In this document: positions 28,806 to 38,764 of the stretch, piece by piece
Position numbering within the stretch: position 1 is the first letter of the stretch
How the letters are laid out: every line of letters begins with the position of its first letter
Source of the DNA: Candidatus Latescibacterota bacterium
GTDB lineage: Bacteria; Latescibacterota; UBA2968; UBA8231
Direction of reading: 5' to 3'
Assembly: GCA_965243025.1 (NCBI GenBank)
Contig: CBDETY010000003.1
Coordinates: 6,080,001 to 6,144,000, forward strand
DNA length: 64,000 bases
Program-made: the position numbers and the translations under genes
The notes under the pieces: model-generated
Databases searched by the model: none
The model's input: only the letters and a program-made list of their open reading frames with translations
What the model was told of the DNA's origin: nothing

Positions 28806-31800
28806 ATGCGCTGTATCGTGCGTAAAGACCCAGGATCGGAAGAGGCAGGGAGCCAGCGCGTCCGTCGAGGGGGGTGTGGGGCTCTCGCCCTCCATCTGCT
28901 GGCGATGACGGTCGCGGTAGGGGGGGAGGCCGGATCCGTTGAGGCGCAGGAGGAGGAGGTGTGGACGGCGGAGCGTCGGTGGAAGGAGACGCCGGCGGTG
29001 CCCCTGGTCGTGACTGATCGGATGTTCCTGGGCGACCCGGGGGAGGTGTACCGGAACTACGCCTTCACCGGGTATCGCAACTACGAATCGCTGTCGGGTG
29101 TGCCGCCGTGGTCAAACATCTACGATCCGCTCGGCAACTTTCTGATCAGCGGCCGGCAAGTGGCCACCTGGTACGCCGAACAATCCCGGACGGGTGACAT
29201 CCGCGGTGGAAACAGTCGTATCCAATCCAATCTCGCCAACTTTCACGGGGTCTTGTCCATGGGCGGGCAGAGCTACTCGGGATGGGCGAGCAATCTGATC
29301 TTTTCCCAGGCTGGCACCAGAGGTTTCTGGACCCATGGGATCATCACGCGGTTCACACCGCTGACGCTGAATCGAGTGTCGCTGCAGGGCGCTCGGGGGG
29401 ACATTCTGACCCCCTTCGGCGATGCCCTGAGCCTGATAGCCTCCTACCAGTACCTGGGCTATGCGGGCGGAAGAGGACTGCACGGAGGTGGCGACGATTC
29501 GGCGATCATCCTGGCCGGACACTATGAGCGCGAGACGGGGCCGTTGCGGTTGGGCGCCACCTTTGCCAACCTGCACTTCTTCGATGTACGCACTCCGATG
29601 ACCGACTTGAAGGGGGATCTGCACGCCACTCAGCCGATCCCGTCCCTCATTGCCGTGCGGATCTCGGACGATTCGCCGAGCGATGGACGGGGCGGTCCCG
29701 TCGTGTACGGGGTGCAGCTGGTGGTCAACGGTGAACCGCGCCCGGATATAGCTCCGGACGTGATACGCCGGGATCTGGACAACAGGTTCACGGTGGTGGG
29801 AACGACGACGCTTCAGGGGACTTTCCGGCCCAGCTTCTACTACGATCCCACCGCAGGGAGCAACCCGAACAACCCCTACTTCGAGATGGAAAAACCGCTG
29901 TATGCCGACTACCTGTTTCGGAAGGATCACGCGCAGAATCTCGCCGACGACGACCCGGACAATGATGAGGAGGTGGCCGAATCCGCCGACGTGGATCGGC
30001 TGGTGAGGTACATCAGCCTGGAAGACCCGAGGCAGGTTCAGCGCGCGGATGGGACCGAGGCCCTGGTGTACTACTTCAATCTGGAGGGGTTGACCCACGT
30101 GCGCTCGGTGGAGGTGGAGGCGTCGCTGGGTAATGACTACCGGATCGAGGTCGCCGACATCGGCGTGGTGAATGCGAGGGAAGGCACCCCCCATGACGAG
30201 CGCTACGAAGCGCCGTTCTACAAGACGGTGCGTCGTGCGGAAGGGAACGTGCAGGATCTGTCGAATATCGAGCGGATCCGGATACCGATCGGCAATGAGA
30301 CCGGGCAATCGGTGTGGGGTACGAACATGGCCCTGGACCTCCCAGGTCTGCGGGTGCGCGGGGAGTTTGCCGAGAGCATCAGGTACAGCCGCTACCGGGA
30401 CGGAGTGCCCGGGCAGGAGCTGCCTTCCATCCCGGGGAGCACCGACCCGGACCCTCCCCTCTACGAGGGCAACGGCGAACGTCACGACGAAGAGGACCGG
30501 GCCGCGTACGTTCAACTCGAGCGGGAGACGGCGGGCTACGGTTTCGGGGCAGAGCTGTTTTCCATCGGGCCCAGGTTCAACGAGCGATTGACGAAGCGGC
30601 CCGGCGATGTCGGGGGGCTTGGGGGAGGCCAGCCCTACGTGAGGAACAGGACGACCTTCTTCTCTCTTGTCGAGGACAATGACGATGGGGACGCCAACCC
30701 GGAGCTCAAGGTCCGCGGCGCCGCCCCCCGTGATCTGGCCGTGTTCCCCGGACAGGATGCGGACAACGACGGTATCCCGGATACCAACCGCAACCTGAAC
30801 GGGCTGCCGGATTATCTGGAGCCCTTCCTGCTTTATCAGGTGGATCCGGATGAATACGTGTACGGTCTGGATTTCAACAACAACGATGTCGTGGACGAGC
30901 GCGAGGACGACCGCAAGGAAGATTTTCCGTATGACCGGGATCTGCGGGGGGGGCATGCTTATGTCCGCTGGAAGCCATGGACAGGCGCAGAGGCCACGGG
31001 GGGCTGGCTGCAATCGCGTCAGATTGCCGGCGGAGGCCGCAACGACCAGCGCTACCTCCGGCTGCACTACAGCGGCGAGCGTCCCGGGGTGGGGGAATGG
31101 CTGATCGAGAACGAGCTGAAGCGGGTGTGGGACGATGTGCCGGATGACGTGTTCAGCTGGACCGCGGCGGCCGCGAACGTAGACCAGAGATTCCTCAGGA
31201 ACGATGAGGGGCGGTTCGCGTACTTCCCGACGTTCACCTTCGATCCGCTGCACTACCGCAACAGCCTGGCGAACCGGTTGTACGTATCGGGCACCCTGAG
31301 GTGGCTTCCGGGCTGGCGGATCCTCACCCGGATGAAACTGGAACACAACCGGCAGTATGGGGGTCGGCTCGGGGACGGTTCGGAGCAGGCCAGGGACCGG
31401 ATCCGTTCCCTGGCGTGGGTGCAGCAGGCCGACTACACGTGGCGCTGGGGAAAATTGACGCTGCAGCCGGCCCTGAAAGGACTCTGGCTGAAGCGGACCC
31501 GGCAGCAGGGAAAGCGGCCGTTGGACCACACCCACACGGTCGTCCCCCTGTTCAAGGCTCGCTATGAACTGTCTCCGGCGACCGAGGTGAAGGCGGGTCT
31601 CCAGGGGTTCCCGGGCTGGTGGTTCGAGGAAACCCACCTGGCCGATCCGCGCAACAGCTTCAAACGGCGGACGACGATGGTCTTCCTCTCCAACATCTCC
31701 GATTACTCGGGGTACAGGATTTCCACCAATCTGGGGTTCAAGCAGGACAGGCTGGAGTACGCGGACGAATTTCGTTTTCTCGAGAGCTTCGACACGACGG

Positions 31801-31850
31801 AAATCTTCGTGCGCCTGTTCATGGGGTATGGGCAGAACGTCCTCTATTAA
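28806..31850 (+). CDS. Putative outer-membrane protein, paralog 3
   Basis: Signal-like N-terminus (VEA|Q); same colinear motifs; ends IFVRLFMGYGQNVLY. Confidence 0.75.
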   Translation: MRCIVRKDPGSEEAGSQRVRRGGCGALALHLLAMTVAVGGEAGSVEAQEEEVWTAERRWKETPAVPLVVTDRMFLGDPGEVYRNYAFTGYRNYESLSGVPPWSNIYDPLGNFLISGRQVATWYAEQSRTGDIRGGNSRIQSNLANFHGVLSMGGQSYSGWASNLIFSQAGTRGFWTHGIITRFTPLTLNRVSLQGARGDILTPFGDALSLIASYQYLGYAGGRGLHGGGDDSAIILAGHYERETGPLRLGATFANLHFFDVRTPMTDLKGDLHATQPIPSLIAVRISDDSPSDGRGGPVVYGVQLVVNGEPRPDIAPDVIRRDLDNRFTVVGTTTLQGTFRPSFYYDPTAGSNPNNPYFEMEKPLYADYLFRKDHAQNLADDDPDNDEEVAESADVDRLVRYISLEDPRQVQRADGTEALVYYFNLEGLTHVRSVEVEASLGNDYRIEVADIGVVNAREGTPHDERYEAPFYKTVRRAEGNVQDLSNIERIRIPIGNETGQSVWGTNMALDLPGLRVRGEFAESIRYSRYRDGVPGQELPSIPGSTDPDPPLYEGNGERHDEEDRAAYVQLERETAGYGFGAELFSIGPRFNERLTKRPGDVGGLGGGQPYVRNRTTFFSLVEDNDDGDANPELKVRGAAPRDLAVFPGQDADNDGIPDTNRNLNGLPDYLEPFLLYQVDPDEYVYGLDFNNNDVVDEREDDRKEDFPYDRDLRGGHAYVRWKPWTGAEATGGWLQSRQIAGGGRNDQRYLRLHYSGERPGVGEWLIENELKRVWDDVPDDVFSWTAAAANVDQRFLRNDEGRFAYFPTFTFDPLHYRNSLANRLYVSGTLRWLPGWRILTRMKLEHNRQYGGRLGDGSEQARDRIRSLAWVQQADYTWRWGKLTLQPALKGLWLKRTRQQGKRPLDHTHTVVPLFKARYELSPATEVKAGLQGFPGWWFEETHLADPRNSFKRRTTMVFLSNISDYSGYRISTNLGFKQDRLEYADEFRFLESFDTTEIFVRLFMGYGQNVLY

Positions 31851-31901
31851 CCGAGGGAAATGGTTGCGAGCATTCATGACGACGGCGGGGAGCGCGCAGG
31901 C

Positions 31902-33179
31902 GTGGCAAAAGGCGATCTGATTTCTTCTGAAAAGCGGGAGTTCCCGGACCCGGCGACGGACGTACGCGTCGTCCAGCTCACGGACCAGCCGTGTGCCAAC
32001 ACGAATGCCTACTACAATCAGGAGCAGTTCATCGGCGGGTCGGAGAAGTTCGTTTTTTCGTCGAACCGCAGTGGCCTGCAACAGCTCTACTCGGTGGATA
32101 TCGAGTCCGGCAGGATCGTGCAACTGACGGACGAAGAGCCGTCCGGCGGCTTCACCGTCGACTCCGGGCGCGGCATCGTCTACTTCGGCCGCGAACGGCA
32201 GTTCTTCGCCCTGGATGTGGAGACGCTGCGCGAGGAGGCGGTCGCCGAATCGCCCGAGGGCTGCGGACCCCTGCACGGTCCGGATCTGTCGTCGTGCGGG
32301 CGCTACCTCGTCCTTGGCTGCGGACCGGAGTCCAGACGCCCGAGCTTCGCCTACCGGTACGGCAGGGAAGCGATGGTGCTCCTGGTCGACGTACAGGACA
32401 AGCGGCAGGAAGTGGTCTACCACGGGCCGAGCGCCGACAACCGGGCAGCCCCCGACAGCCACCTCTTCATCAGCCGCGGCGACCCGTCCTGGGTGTGGTT
32501 CGGCAGCTACTCGAGGTTGCAGCCCACGGGCGTCAAGACCGCCTGGTTCATGAAGGTCGATCTCGAGCGCCTCAGGCCGGTGCACGACCCGATGCCGCTG
32601 TTCGACCAGCAGCCCTTCGACTACATCAACCACTACTACCCGGCGCCGGATGCCCACGTCGAGTCGTTCCACTACCAGCAGACGGCCTGCGACCGGGACG
32701 GAATTCCGGTCGTTCCTCAGCAGAAGCTGCCGATGCTGCTCGACGTAGACCTCGCCCGGCGCACGACCAGCCGGTGGGTGTTCCCGGGACTGGCGCCCAC
32801 CCACTTCAAGTGCAACAACGCCGGTGACATGTGGGCCGGAGACCGGGCCGATCCCGGTTTCCTGTGGCTCGAAGGCCGCGGTGTGAACGGCAGCGCCTTC
32901 CGCCGGGAAGACTCGCCGGATTTCGATTACTGGCTGCACTACTGGCCCGAGGCCAGCGAGCCGGACTTTCCCGCTCACGAGTGGATAGGAGTGTTTCGCA
33001 AGCGCGGCCCATATCTCGAGGTGCGTCCGTTGGTCCGGCACAACACCACATGGGCGGGGGGGGCGCATCCGCACCCCGTATTTTCGCCGGACGACAGGTG
33101 GATTGCGTATTGCGCCGGGGAAAAGGGGCGGTCCCAGCTCTTCCTGGCAGAGGCGGTCTGGCCGAGATGGCTTGCGTGA
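31902..33179 (+). CDS. Oligogalacturonate lyase (PL22)-like/TolB-like beta-propeller
   Basis: F.DPATDVRVVQLTD, FVFSSNRSG..QLY..D...G.IVQLTD, HPHPVFSPDD. Start GTG 31902 or ATG 31860. Confidence 0.75.
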   Translation: MAKGDLISSEKREFPDPATDVRVVQLTDQPCANTNAYYNQEQFIGGSEKFVFSSNRSGLQQLYSVDIESGRIVQLTDEEPSGGFTVDSGRGIVYFGRERQFFALDVETLREEAVAESPEGCGPLHGPDLSSCGRYLVLGCGPESRRPSFAYRYGREAMVLLVDVQDKRQEVVYHGPSADNRAAPDSHLFISRGDPSWVWFGSYSRLQPTGVKTAWFMKVDLERLRPVHDPMPLFDQQPFDYINHYYPAPDAHVESFHYQQTACDRDGIPVVPQQKLPMLLDVDLARRTTSRWVFPGLAPTHFKCNNAGDMWAGDRADPGFLWLEGRGVNGSAFRREDSPDFDYWLHYWPEASEPDFPAHEWIGVFRKRGPYLEVRPLVRHNTTWAGGAHPHPVFSPDDRWIAYCAGEKGRSQLFLAEAVWPRWLA

Positions 33180-33261
33180 GGGGCCCGCTCGTTCATGTTC
33201 GGGATCCGCAGCCGGTGACGGGGCGCGGGCCCATGCGGCCTGCAATGGACAGGAGTCTGTG

Positions 33262-36200
33262 ATGTCTCTTGCGTGGATCATGGTGGCGTTGGGGCTGGGG
33301 GTTACAGCCTGGACCCGGTATGTGCCCACCGCGGAGGACCTGCTGGCCTCTTTTCAAGAGGGGCAGCGCTTCTACGGGGCCGAAGCATACGACCAGGCGG
33401 TCGAACAGTACGAGAAGGTCGGCCAGGTGCACAGTGCCCTGCTCCACGTCGAAGAGGTCACCGTGACTGTAGGGGAAATCACCGCACCGGTCACCGAAGC
33501 GGCGCTCTACCAGTCGGGCAACGCCTACTTCAAGATGGCTCAGGAGGCGCTGCGAAAAGTGGGGCGGGGGGAGAGCGCAGCGGACCGGGAAAAAGCCGAA
33601 CGCGAGGCACAGACGTTCCTGGAGCGGGCGGTGGAATTCTTCGAGCGAGTCGAATCCGAGGCCACGGCTCAAGGATTGGGAGTGCTGGCGCAGAGTCGTC
33701 TGGTTACGACGTGGTACGAAGCGAAGGATTACGAACAGACCATAGTTGAAGCGCAAACGCTGATATCGAAGTACCCGGACAGCAAGTTCGTTGAAAACGC
33801 GATGTACGACATCGCCTGGTCGCACTTCGAGCAGGATGACTACGAGTCCAGCATCCGGGCGTTCGAAGCGCTGATCCGGCATTCCCCTACGGGCTTCCGG
33901 GCGGACCGGGCGCTGTTCCAGATCGCCGAATGCTACTATCTCCAGAGCGGCTATGAGAAGGCGATAGGCTACTACGATCAGCTCGTCGCCAGGGCAAATG
34001 TGTATGGCCTGACAGAGCGGGACCTGATGAAGATGCGGCGGGAAAAGCTGGCCGGGCTGGTGGACGAGACGGCGCTGGAGCTGGCCGCCAAGGCCCAGCT
34101 GAAGATCGGGGACGGGTTTTCGAGGCTGGGGCAGCTCGACAAGGCGACCGAGGCGTTCGAGCGGGTGATTACCCTGTTCTCGGCGGAAAGGGGCTTTGTC
34201 GAAGAGGGGTATCGCCGTCTGGCGGACATGTACTATGAAAAGGGGAATCTCGAGCAGTCCATCCAGACCTACAAGGATGCCATCGACCGGGTGCGCGACA
34301 GGTTCTTTCAGGCGCGCATGCAGGCCCAGATCGCCCGCCGCTATTCGGAAAGCGGGCGTTTCGACGAAGCCATCGACGAGTACGAAGTCTACATCAAGGG
34401 ATACGACGATGTGGCGGTTCGCGCCGGCTTTCCCGTGGACGAGGCGGAATACAACATCGGCCGGGCGCACTACGACAAGGGACAGCAGGCGCTGGCCGCG
34501 AGTCGGCGGCCCGCCGCCGCAGCGCTTTTCCGTGAGGCCGTTTCCCGGTACGAGAGTACGCTGAATGCCTGGCCCGGCACGCGGCTGCAGGTCGACTTGC
34601 AGTTCAATATCGCGCTCTGCCGGCAGTTCATGGGGGATGAATCCTCGACCGCCCGGGCCCTGGAGGGGTTCCGGGGAATCATCTCGGATTTCCCCGACCA
34701 CCCGCTCGTCGAAAGCTCGCTGTTTCAGGTCGCCCGCATCTTCTACGACCAGCAGGCGTATGCCGAAGCCCTGAAGACCTACGGCGAACTGCTCCGCCGC
34801 TTTCCCGATTCGCCCCAGGCGTCGATGGCGCATTTCGAAAGGGGGGTCTGCCATCGCGACCAGGGGCAGGAGGCCGAGGCTGTCGAGGCCTTCCTGATGG
34901 TGCAGGCCGGGTCGCCCCTGTTCGCCGATGCGCGGGTGGCCGCGGGGGAGATTCTGATCCGCAGGCAGGCCTATTCCCGGACGCTGGATATCATGGATGA
35001 AGCGCTGGCCTCTGCGGCGACCTCCGAGGTGCGGACACGCTATCTGTACATCAAGGCCAAGGCCCACACCGGTGAAAAGGCGTACGAGCGGGCTGCGGAG
35101 GATTTTTCCGGGGTTATCGACGGCGCCCGGGATCAGCCCCGGATGCTGGTGAGTTCACTCTATGCCAGGGGAACCGCCCTGTTGAGCCTGGGGCGGCATG
35201 GGGAAGCCGACCGGGACTTCGAGCGCGTGGTGGAAGAGGCGGATGATCCGGTGCTTCAGCGGGCTGGCCGCCGCATGCTGGGTCTGTCCCTGATCCAGCA
35301 GGGCCGGGAACTGGAGGCCAGCAGGAACTACGAGGCCCTGGCTGCGCAGGCCACCGATCCGCAGGAGAAGGCCGAATACCTGCTGCTTCTGGCGGAGCTG
35401 TATCACGGGCTGAAAGCCTGGGAGCAGGTCGTGCGCATCTCTCGCGAAATCGTTGAGGTTTCGGGCGGGAAACCGGAGGGAGGCGATGCGATCGAAGAGA
35501 AGGCTCTCTTCCTCCTGGGGGACGCCTGCAACCGCCTGGAGGATTACGCCGCGCTCATAGAAACCTACAAGGAAGCCCTGCGGCGCTATCCGGGCTCCAT
35601 ATACGCACCGGATATGACCTTCGCGTTGGGGCTGGGTTACATGCAAACGGGGCGGCCGGAAGAGGCGGCGACCGAGTTCGATCGATTCCTGGAGCGCCAT
35701 GCGGGAGATGCGAACACCTCGCATGCGCTTTACTACCTGGGGCACATCCGGTCCGGCCGGAGGGAGTTCGCGCCCGCCATAGTTGCGTTCGAGCGGCTGG
35801 TCGCGGAGTTCCCCGGACACGAGGCGGCCGGCGATGCCTGGTTCAGGATAGGGGAGAGCTACTTCAACCTGGGTAAGTACGAGGAGGCGCTGAGGGCGTA
35901 CAGGACGGTCGCCGACGACTGGCCCGGAGCGGAACAGGACGACGCCCTGTACAGCAGCGCGTGGGTCTATATGGAACTGGGGCGCGGAGAAGAAGCGACG
36001 GCGAGTCTGGGCCGGCTGGTCGCGGAGTTTCCCGGCAGCGAGCTGGCTGCCAGCGCCAAGTTCACCATCGGTGATTACCACTACAACGAAGGGCGCTACG
36101 AGGAGGCTCTGGAGGCCTACGTCGGGCTCGTAAACGATCATCCCGACGATGAACTCGCGGCCGAGGTGCCGAAGTTGATCGCCGACCTGAGGGAGGCGGT

Positions 36201-36504
36201 GGCTTTCACTAGGTTTCAGAAGATCGCCGTGGACTTCCGCCAGGCCATGGCCAACGAGGACGAGGAGTCGCTCCGGCGCATCCTCTCCCACATGGGGGAA
36301 CTCGTCGAGGAGTATCCAGGTACGGAAACTGAGCTCGGCGTTCTGAACAACATGGGCATTACCTACGAGTCCCTCAATGAGTGGAAGGAGGCCGTAGGTG
36401 TGTATGACCGCGTGATAGCCCGCCACGAAGAGGGGACAGGCACTCCCGATGCCTATCAGTTCGCCAGGCAGCACAGGGATTGGATCGTCGCCAACCGGCT
36501 GTAG
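33262..36504 (+). CDS. Large periplasmic TPR-repeat protein (BamD/CpoB-like repeats)
   Basis: AGGAG RBS, hydrophobic N-terminus, more than 20 TPR units with YP.S..A.DA.F/Y linkers. Confidence 0.9.
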   Translation: MSLAWIMVALGLGVTAWTRYVPTAEDLLASFQEGQRFYGAEAYDQAVEQYEKVGQVHSALLHVEEVTVTVGEITAPVTEAALYQSGNAYFKMAQEALRKVGRGESAADREKAEREAQTFLERAVEFFERVESEATAQGLGVLAQSRLVTTWYEAKDYEQTIVEAQTLISKYPDSKFVENAMYDIAWSHFEQDDYESSIRAFEALIRHSPTGFRADRALFQIAECYYLQSGYEKAIGYYDQLVARANVYGLTERDLMKMRREKLAGLVDETALELAAKAQLKIGDGFSRLGQLDKATEAFERVITLFSAERGFVEEGYRRLADMYYEKGNLEQSIQTYKDAIDRVRDRFFQARMQAQIARRYSESGRFDEAIDEYEVYIKGYDDVAVRAGFPVDEAEYNIGRAHYDKGQQALAASRRPAAAALFREAVSRYESTLNAWPGTRLQVDLQFNIALCRQFMGDESSTARALEGFRGIISDFPDHPLVESSLFQVARIFYDQQAYAEALKTYGELLRRFPDSPQASMAHFERGVCHRDQGQEAEAVEAFLMVQAGSPLFADARVAAGEILIRRQAYSRTLDIMDEALASAATSEVRTRYLYIKAKAHTGEKAYERAAEDFSGVIDGARDQPRMLVSSLYARGTALLSLGRHGEADRDFERVVEEADDPVLQRAGRRMLGLSLIQQGRELEASRNYEALAAQATDPQEKAEYLLLLAELYHGLKAWEQVVRISREIVEVSGGKPEGGDAIEEKALFLLGDACNRLEDYAALIETYKEALRRYPGSIYAPDMTFALGLGYMQTGRPEEAATEFDRFLERHAGDANTSHALYYLGHIRSGRREFAPAIVAFERLVAEFPGHEAAGDAWFRIGESYFNLGKYEEALRAYRTVADDWPGAEQDDALYSSAWVYMELGRGEEATASLGRLVAEFPGSELAASAKFTIGDYHYNEGRYEEALEAYVGLVNDHPDDELAAEVPKLIADLREAVAFTRFQKIAVDFRQAMANEDEESLRRILSHMGELVEEYPGTETELGVLNNMGITYESLNEWKEAVGVYDRVIARHEEGTGTPDAYQFARQHRDWIVANRL

Positions 36505-36516
36505 AAAGGAGAGCTC

Positions 36517-37068
36517 GTGAAACACCTGATCTGCGTTCTGTTGTGTGTGGGGTTTGTCTGTGGGTCGGCGCGGGAGTCCGGAGGCGAGGAAGAGATGTTT
36601 GCCGAAGAGATCCGCGTGTCGCGGAATACGGCGGTGATTCTGTCCGTGCTCTTTCCCGGTCTGGGACAGATGGCCTCGGGGCAGAAGCGGAAGGGCGGGG
36701 CGCTCTTTCTCGGCGAGCTGGTCTCGTTGATCGTGGCGGTGGACGGGCACGAGTCCTACAACACACGCCGGGGTGTATACGAGACCTCCCGGAGCGAGTA
36801 CGAAGCCCTGCGTGTGGGGGGGAGCCACGAGGAGGCGGAGGCCAAGTGGCGGCGTCTGGTGGATCTGAACGATGACCTGGACAACCTGCACGGCCGCCGG
36901 CAGATCTTCGGGTATGCGGCGGCCGGGATCTACGCCTTGAACCTGGTGGATATCCTGTTCTTGCAATCGGGAGATGCGACGGCTGCGCAAGAAGTCGACC
37001 GCCGGCCGCGGGTGTCGTTGGGTCCCGTAGGCGGGGCCACGGGAATCGTGATATCGAAGAGGTTCTGA
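36517..37068 (+). CDS. DUF5683-like exported/membrane protein
   Basis: AAAGGAG RBS, signal peptide, LSVLFPGLGQ...KG, YALNLVD, C-terminal Phe. Confidence 0.7.
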   Translation: MKHLICVLLCVGFVCGSARESGGEEEMFAEEIRVSRNTAVILSVLFPGLGQMASGQKRKGGALFLGELVSLIVAVDGHESYNTRRGVYETSRSEYEALRVGGSHEEAEAKWRRLVDLNDDLDNLHGRRQIFGYAAAGIYALNLVDILFLQSGDATAAQEVDRRPRVSLGPVGGATGIVISKRF

Positions 37069-37091
37069 CCAGCGGAGGATGGAGGAGGATC

Positions 37092-37538
37092 GTGTTACGG
37101 AATAAAGAGATGGCGACGGCGGGTTCTTCGCCTCGAAGGATCGGTCACTTGAACGTATGGCACCTCCTTTTGTTCGGTATGCTGTCGGCAGGTCTGGCCT
37201 TCTGCAGCAAACAGCACAAAGCCCCGGTTGCCTTCCACGAAACGCTGCTGGGTTCGCCCAGCGACCTGCGGGCGCTGGTCGAAGAGGGGAATCGGGTCGT
37301 CCTGACGTGGAGGATGGCGGACGACACGAACGTGGCGGGGTTTGTCGTCTCGTTGTCCGATACCCTGGGACTTCGGAGGGAGGCCCTCGTGACGGAGACG
37401 GCCTACGGCATCGAAGAGTCCAGTTTGACCGATGAAGGGTTTGCCGATTCGACCTGGTTTTTCTTCCTGGTCAGCGCGGTGGACGACTCCCTGTTCCGGG
37501 GGGCCCCTTCCCGCCTCGATACGGTGTTTGTGTTCTAG
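37092..37538 (+). CDS. Lipoprotein with fibronectin type III-like domain
   Basis: GGAGGAGG RBS, LAFC lipobox, PSDLRA...VVLTW...GFVV...FLVSAVD. Confidence 0.7.
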   Translation: MLRNKEMATAGSSPRRIGHLNVWHLLLFGMLSAGLAFCSKQHKAPVAFHETLLGSPSDLRALVEEGNRVVLTWRMADDTNVAGFVVSLSDTLGLRREALVTETAYGIEESSLTDEGFADSTWFFFLVSAVDDSLFRGAPSRLDTVFVF

Positions 37539-37561
37539 CAGGAGCACCCGGGGAAAGAGCG

Positions 37562-38755
37562 ATGGCCCAGCACGGACGATTCGAAACACCTGCCGATGCC
37601 CTGAAGTTGGGCAGGCTGCTCGCCGACACCCGCCGGCTTGCTGTCGCCGGCCTCGTCATCGCCCTGTTGGCACACGCGGCTCTGTTCTCCTACCTGGTGA
37701 TCACCAGGTCGGAGATCCGGGAAGCTCAACCGCCCACGCTCGAGTTCGTGATGCGGACGCCCAGGCTTACCAAACCCTTCGAGTTGAAGAAGAAGCGGGT
37801 GCAGCGAAAGATGACGCGCAGGCAAGTCCAGGCAGAGATCGTTCCCGAGGTCGCCATCAGCGAGCGCATAAACCGTCCGGACGTATTCGGAACCGTGGCC
37901 ACCTTCAATTATGCGATCGAGAGCGGGGCGACCGTGGGCGGGCAGGCCGTCGTGCCGGAGATCGCGGCTTTCGCGCGACTGGCCAGCACCAAGGAGCCCG
38001 AAAAGCGGCTGAGCATGCAGGAGGAGTTTCTCGATCTGGACGCGTTGGACACAGGGAAGTACAAAGGGCTCGTGATCCAGGATCCGACCAACAAGCAGGA
38101 CATCCAGGGGTTCGTGTACCTGGCACTGGCGGTTGGAGAAGAGCTCGATCCGCCAACGCCCCGGGCGATTCCGCAACTGGCGAGGGCGGTCAACAAGTAT
38201 ACCATGATCAACGCCAAAGTAGAGGATCGTCTGAAGCTGGATTCGCGGGATCTGTTCAAGGCGCCCTTCGTGTATATCACCGCGAACAAGGCATTCAATC
38301 TCACCGCCCAGGAGGTCCGCAACGTGCGGGAATACCTGCGGATGGGTGGGTTCGTGTTCGCGGAGAACGGGGTCCCGTCCCTGGAATACGGACCGGCTGA
38401 AGCCTCGTTGCGGAAGATGTTCAAGGATGTGCTCAAGAAGGATGCGCGGTTCATAATGCTCTCGTACGACCACCCCATCCATCACAGCTTTTTTGACTTC
38501 AACGATGGACCGCCACCCGGTGGAGAGATCTTGAGCGCAACAGGAGGCAGTAAGGTTCCGTCGCCGCATCTGGAGGGGATCTTCCTGGAAGGACGCCTGG
38601 TGGCGGTCTATTCGGACAAGGCGTACGGGGCCATCTGGGAGAGAGAGTTTTCGAATGAACCGCAGTTGAAGATGGGGTTGAACCTGGTGGTATTCGCCCT
38701 GACGCAACAGGGCTCGATCGCGCAGCAGCAGATCGATTTCTACAGCCAGAAATAG
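37562..38755 (+). CDS. Membrane-anchored DUF4159 domain protein
   Basis: TonB-like TM with His (ALLAHAAL), basic linker, PFVYIT...LREYL..GGFVFAE, DHPIHHSFFDF, LEGI..EGRLV, GLNLVVFALT. Confidence 0.8.
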   Translation: MAQHGRFETPADALKLGRLLADTRRLAVAGLVIALLAHAALFSYLVITRSEIREAQPPTLEFVMRTPRLTKPFELKKKRVQRKMTRRQVQAEIVPEVAISERINRPDVFGTVATFNYAIESGATVGGQAVVPEIAAFARLASTKEPEKRLSMQEEFLDLDALDTGKYKGLVIQDPTNKQDIQGFVYLALAVGEELDPPTPRAIPQLARAVNKYTMINAKVEDRLKLDSRDLFKAPFVYITANKAFNLTAQEVRNVREYLRMGGFVFAENGVPSLEYGPAEASLRKMFKDVLKKDARFIMLSYDHPIHHSFFDFNDGPPPGGEILSATGGSKVPSPHLEGIFLEGRLVAVYSDKAYGAIWEREFSNEPQLKMGLNLVVFALTQQGSIAQQQIDFYSQK

Positions 38756-38764
38756 CGTGGAAAG

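Noticed and set aside
29112-33329. 1405-aa minus-strand ORF and similar long overlapping ORFs (18647-20707, 41987-43954, 52767-54758, 49193-51295)
   Set aside because: Antisense or alternate-frame shadows of well-supported genes.
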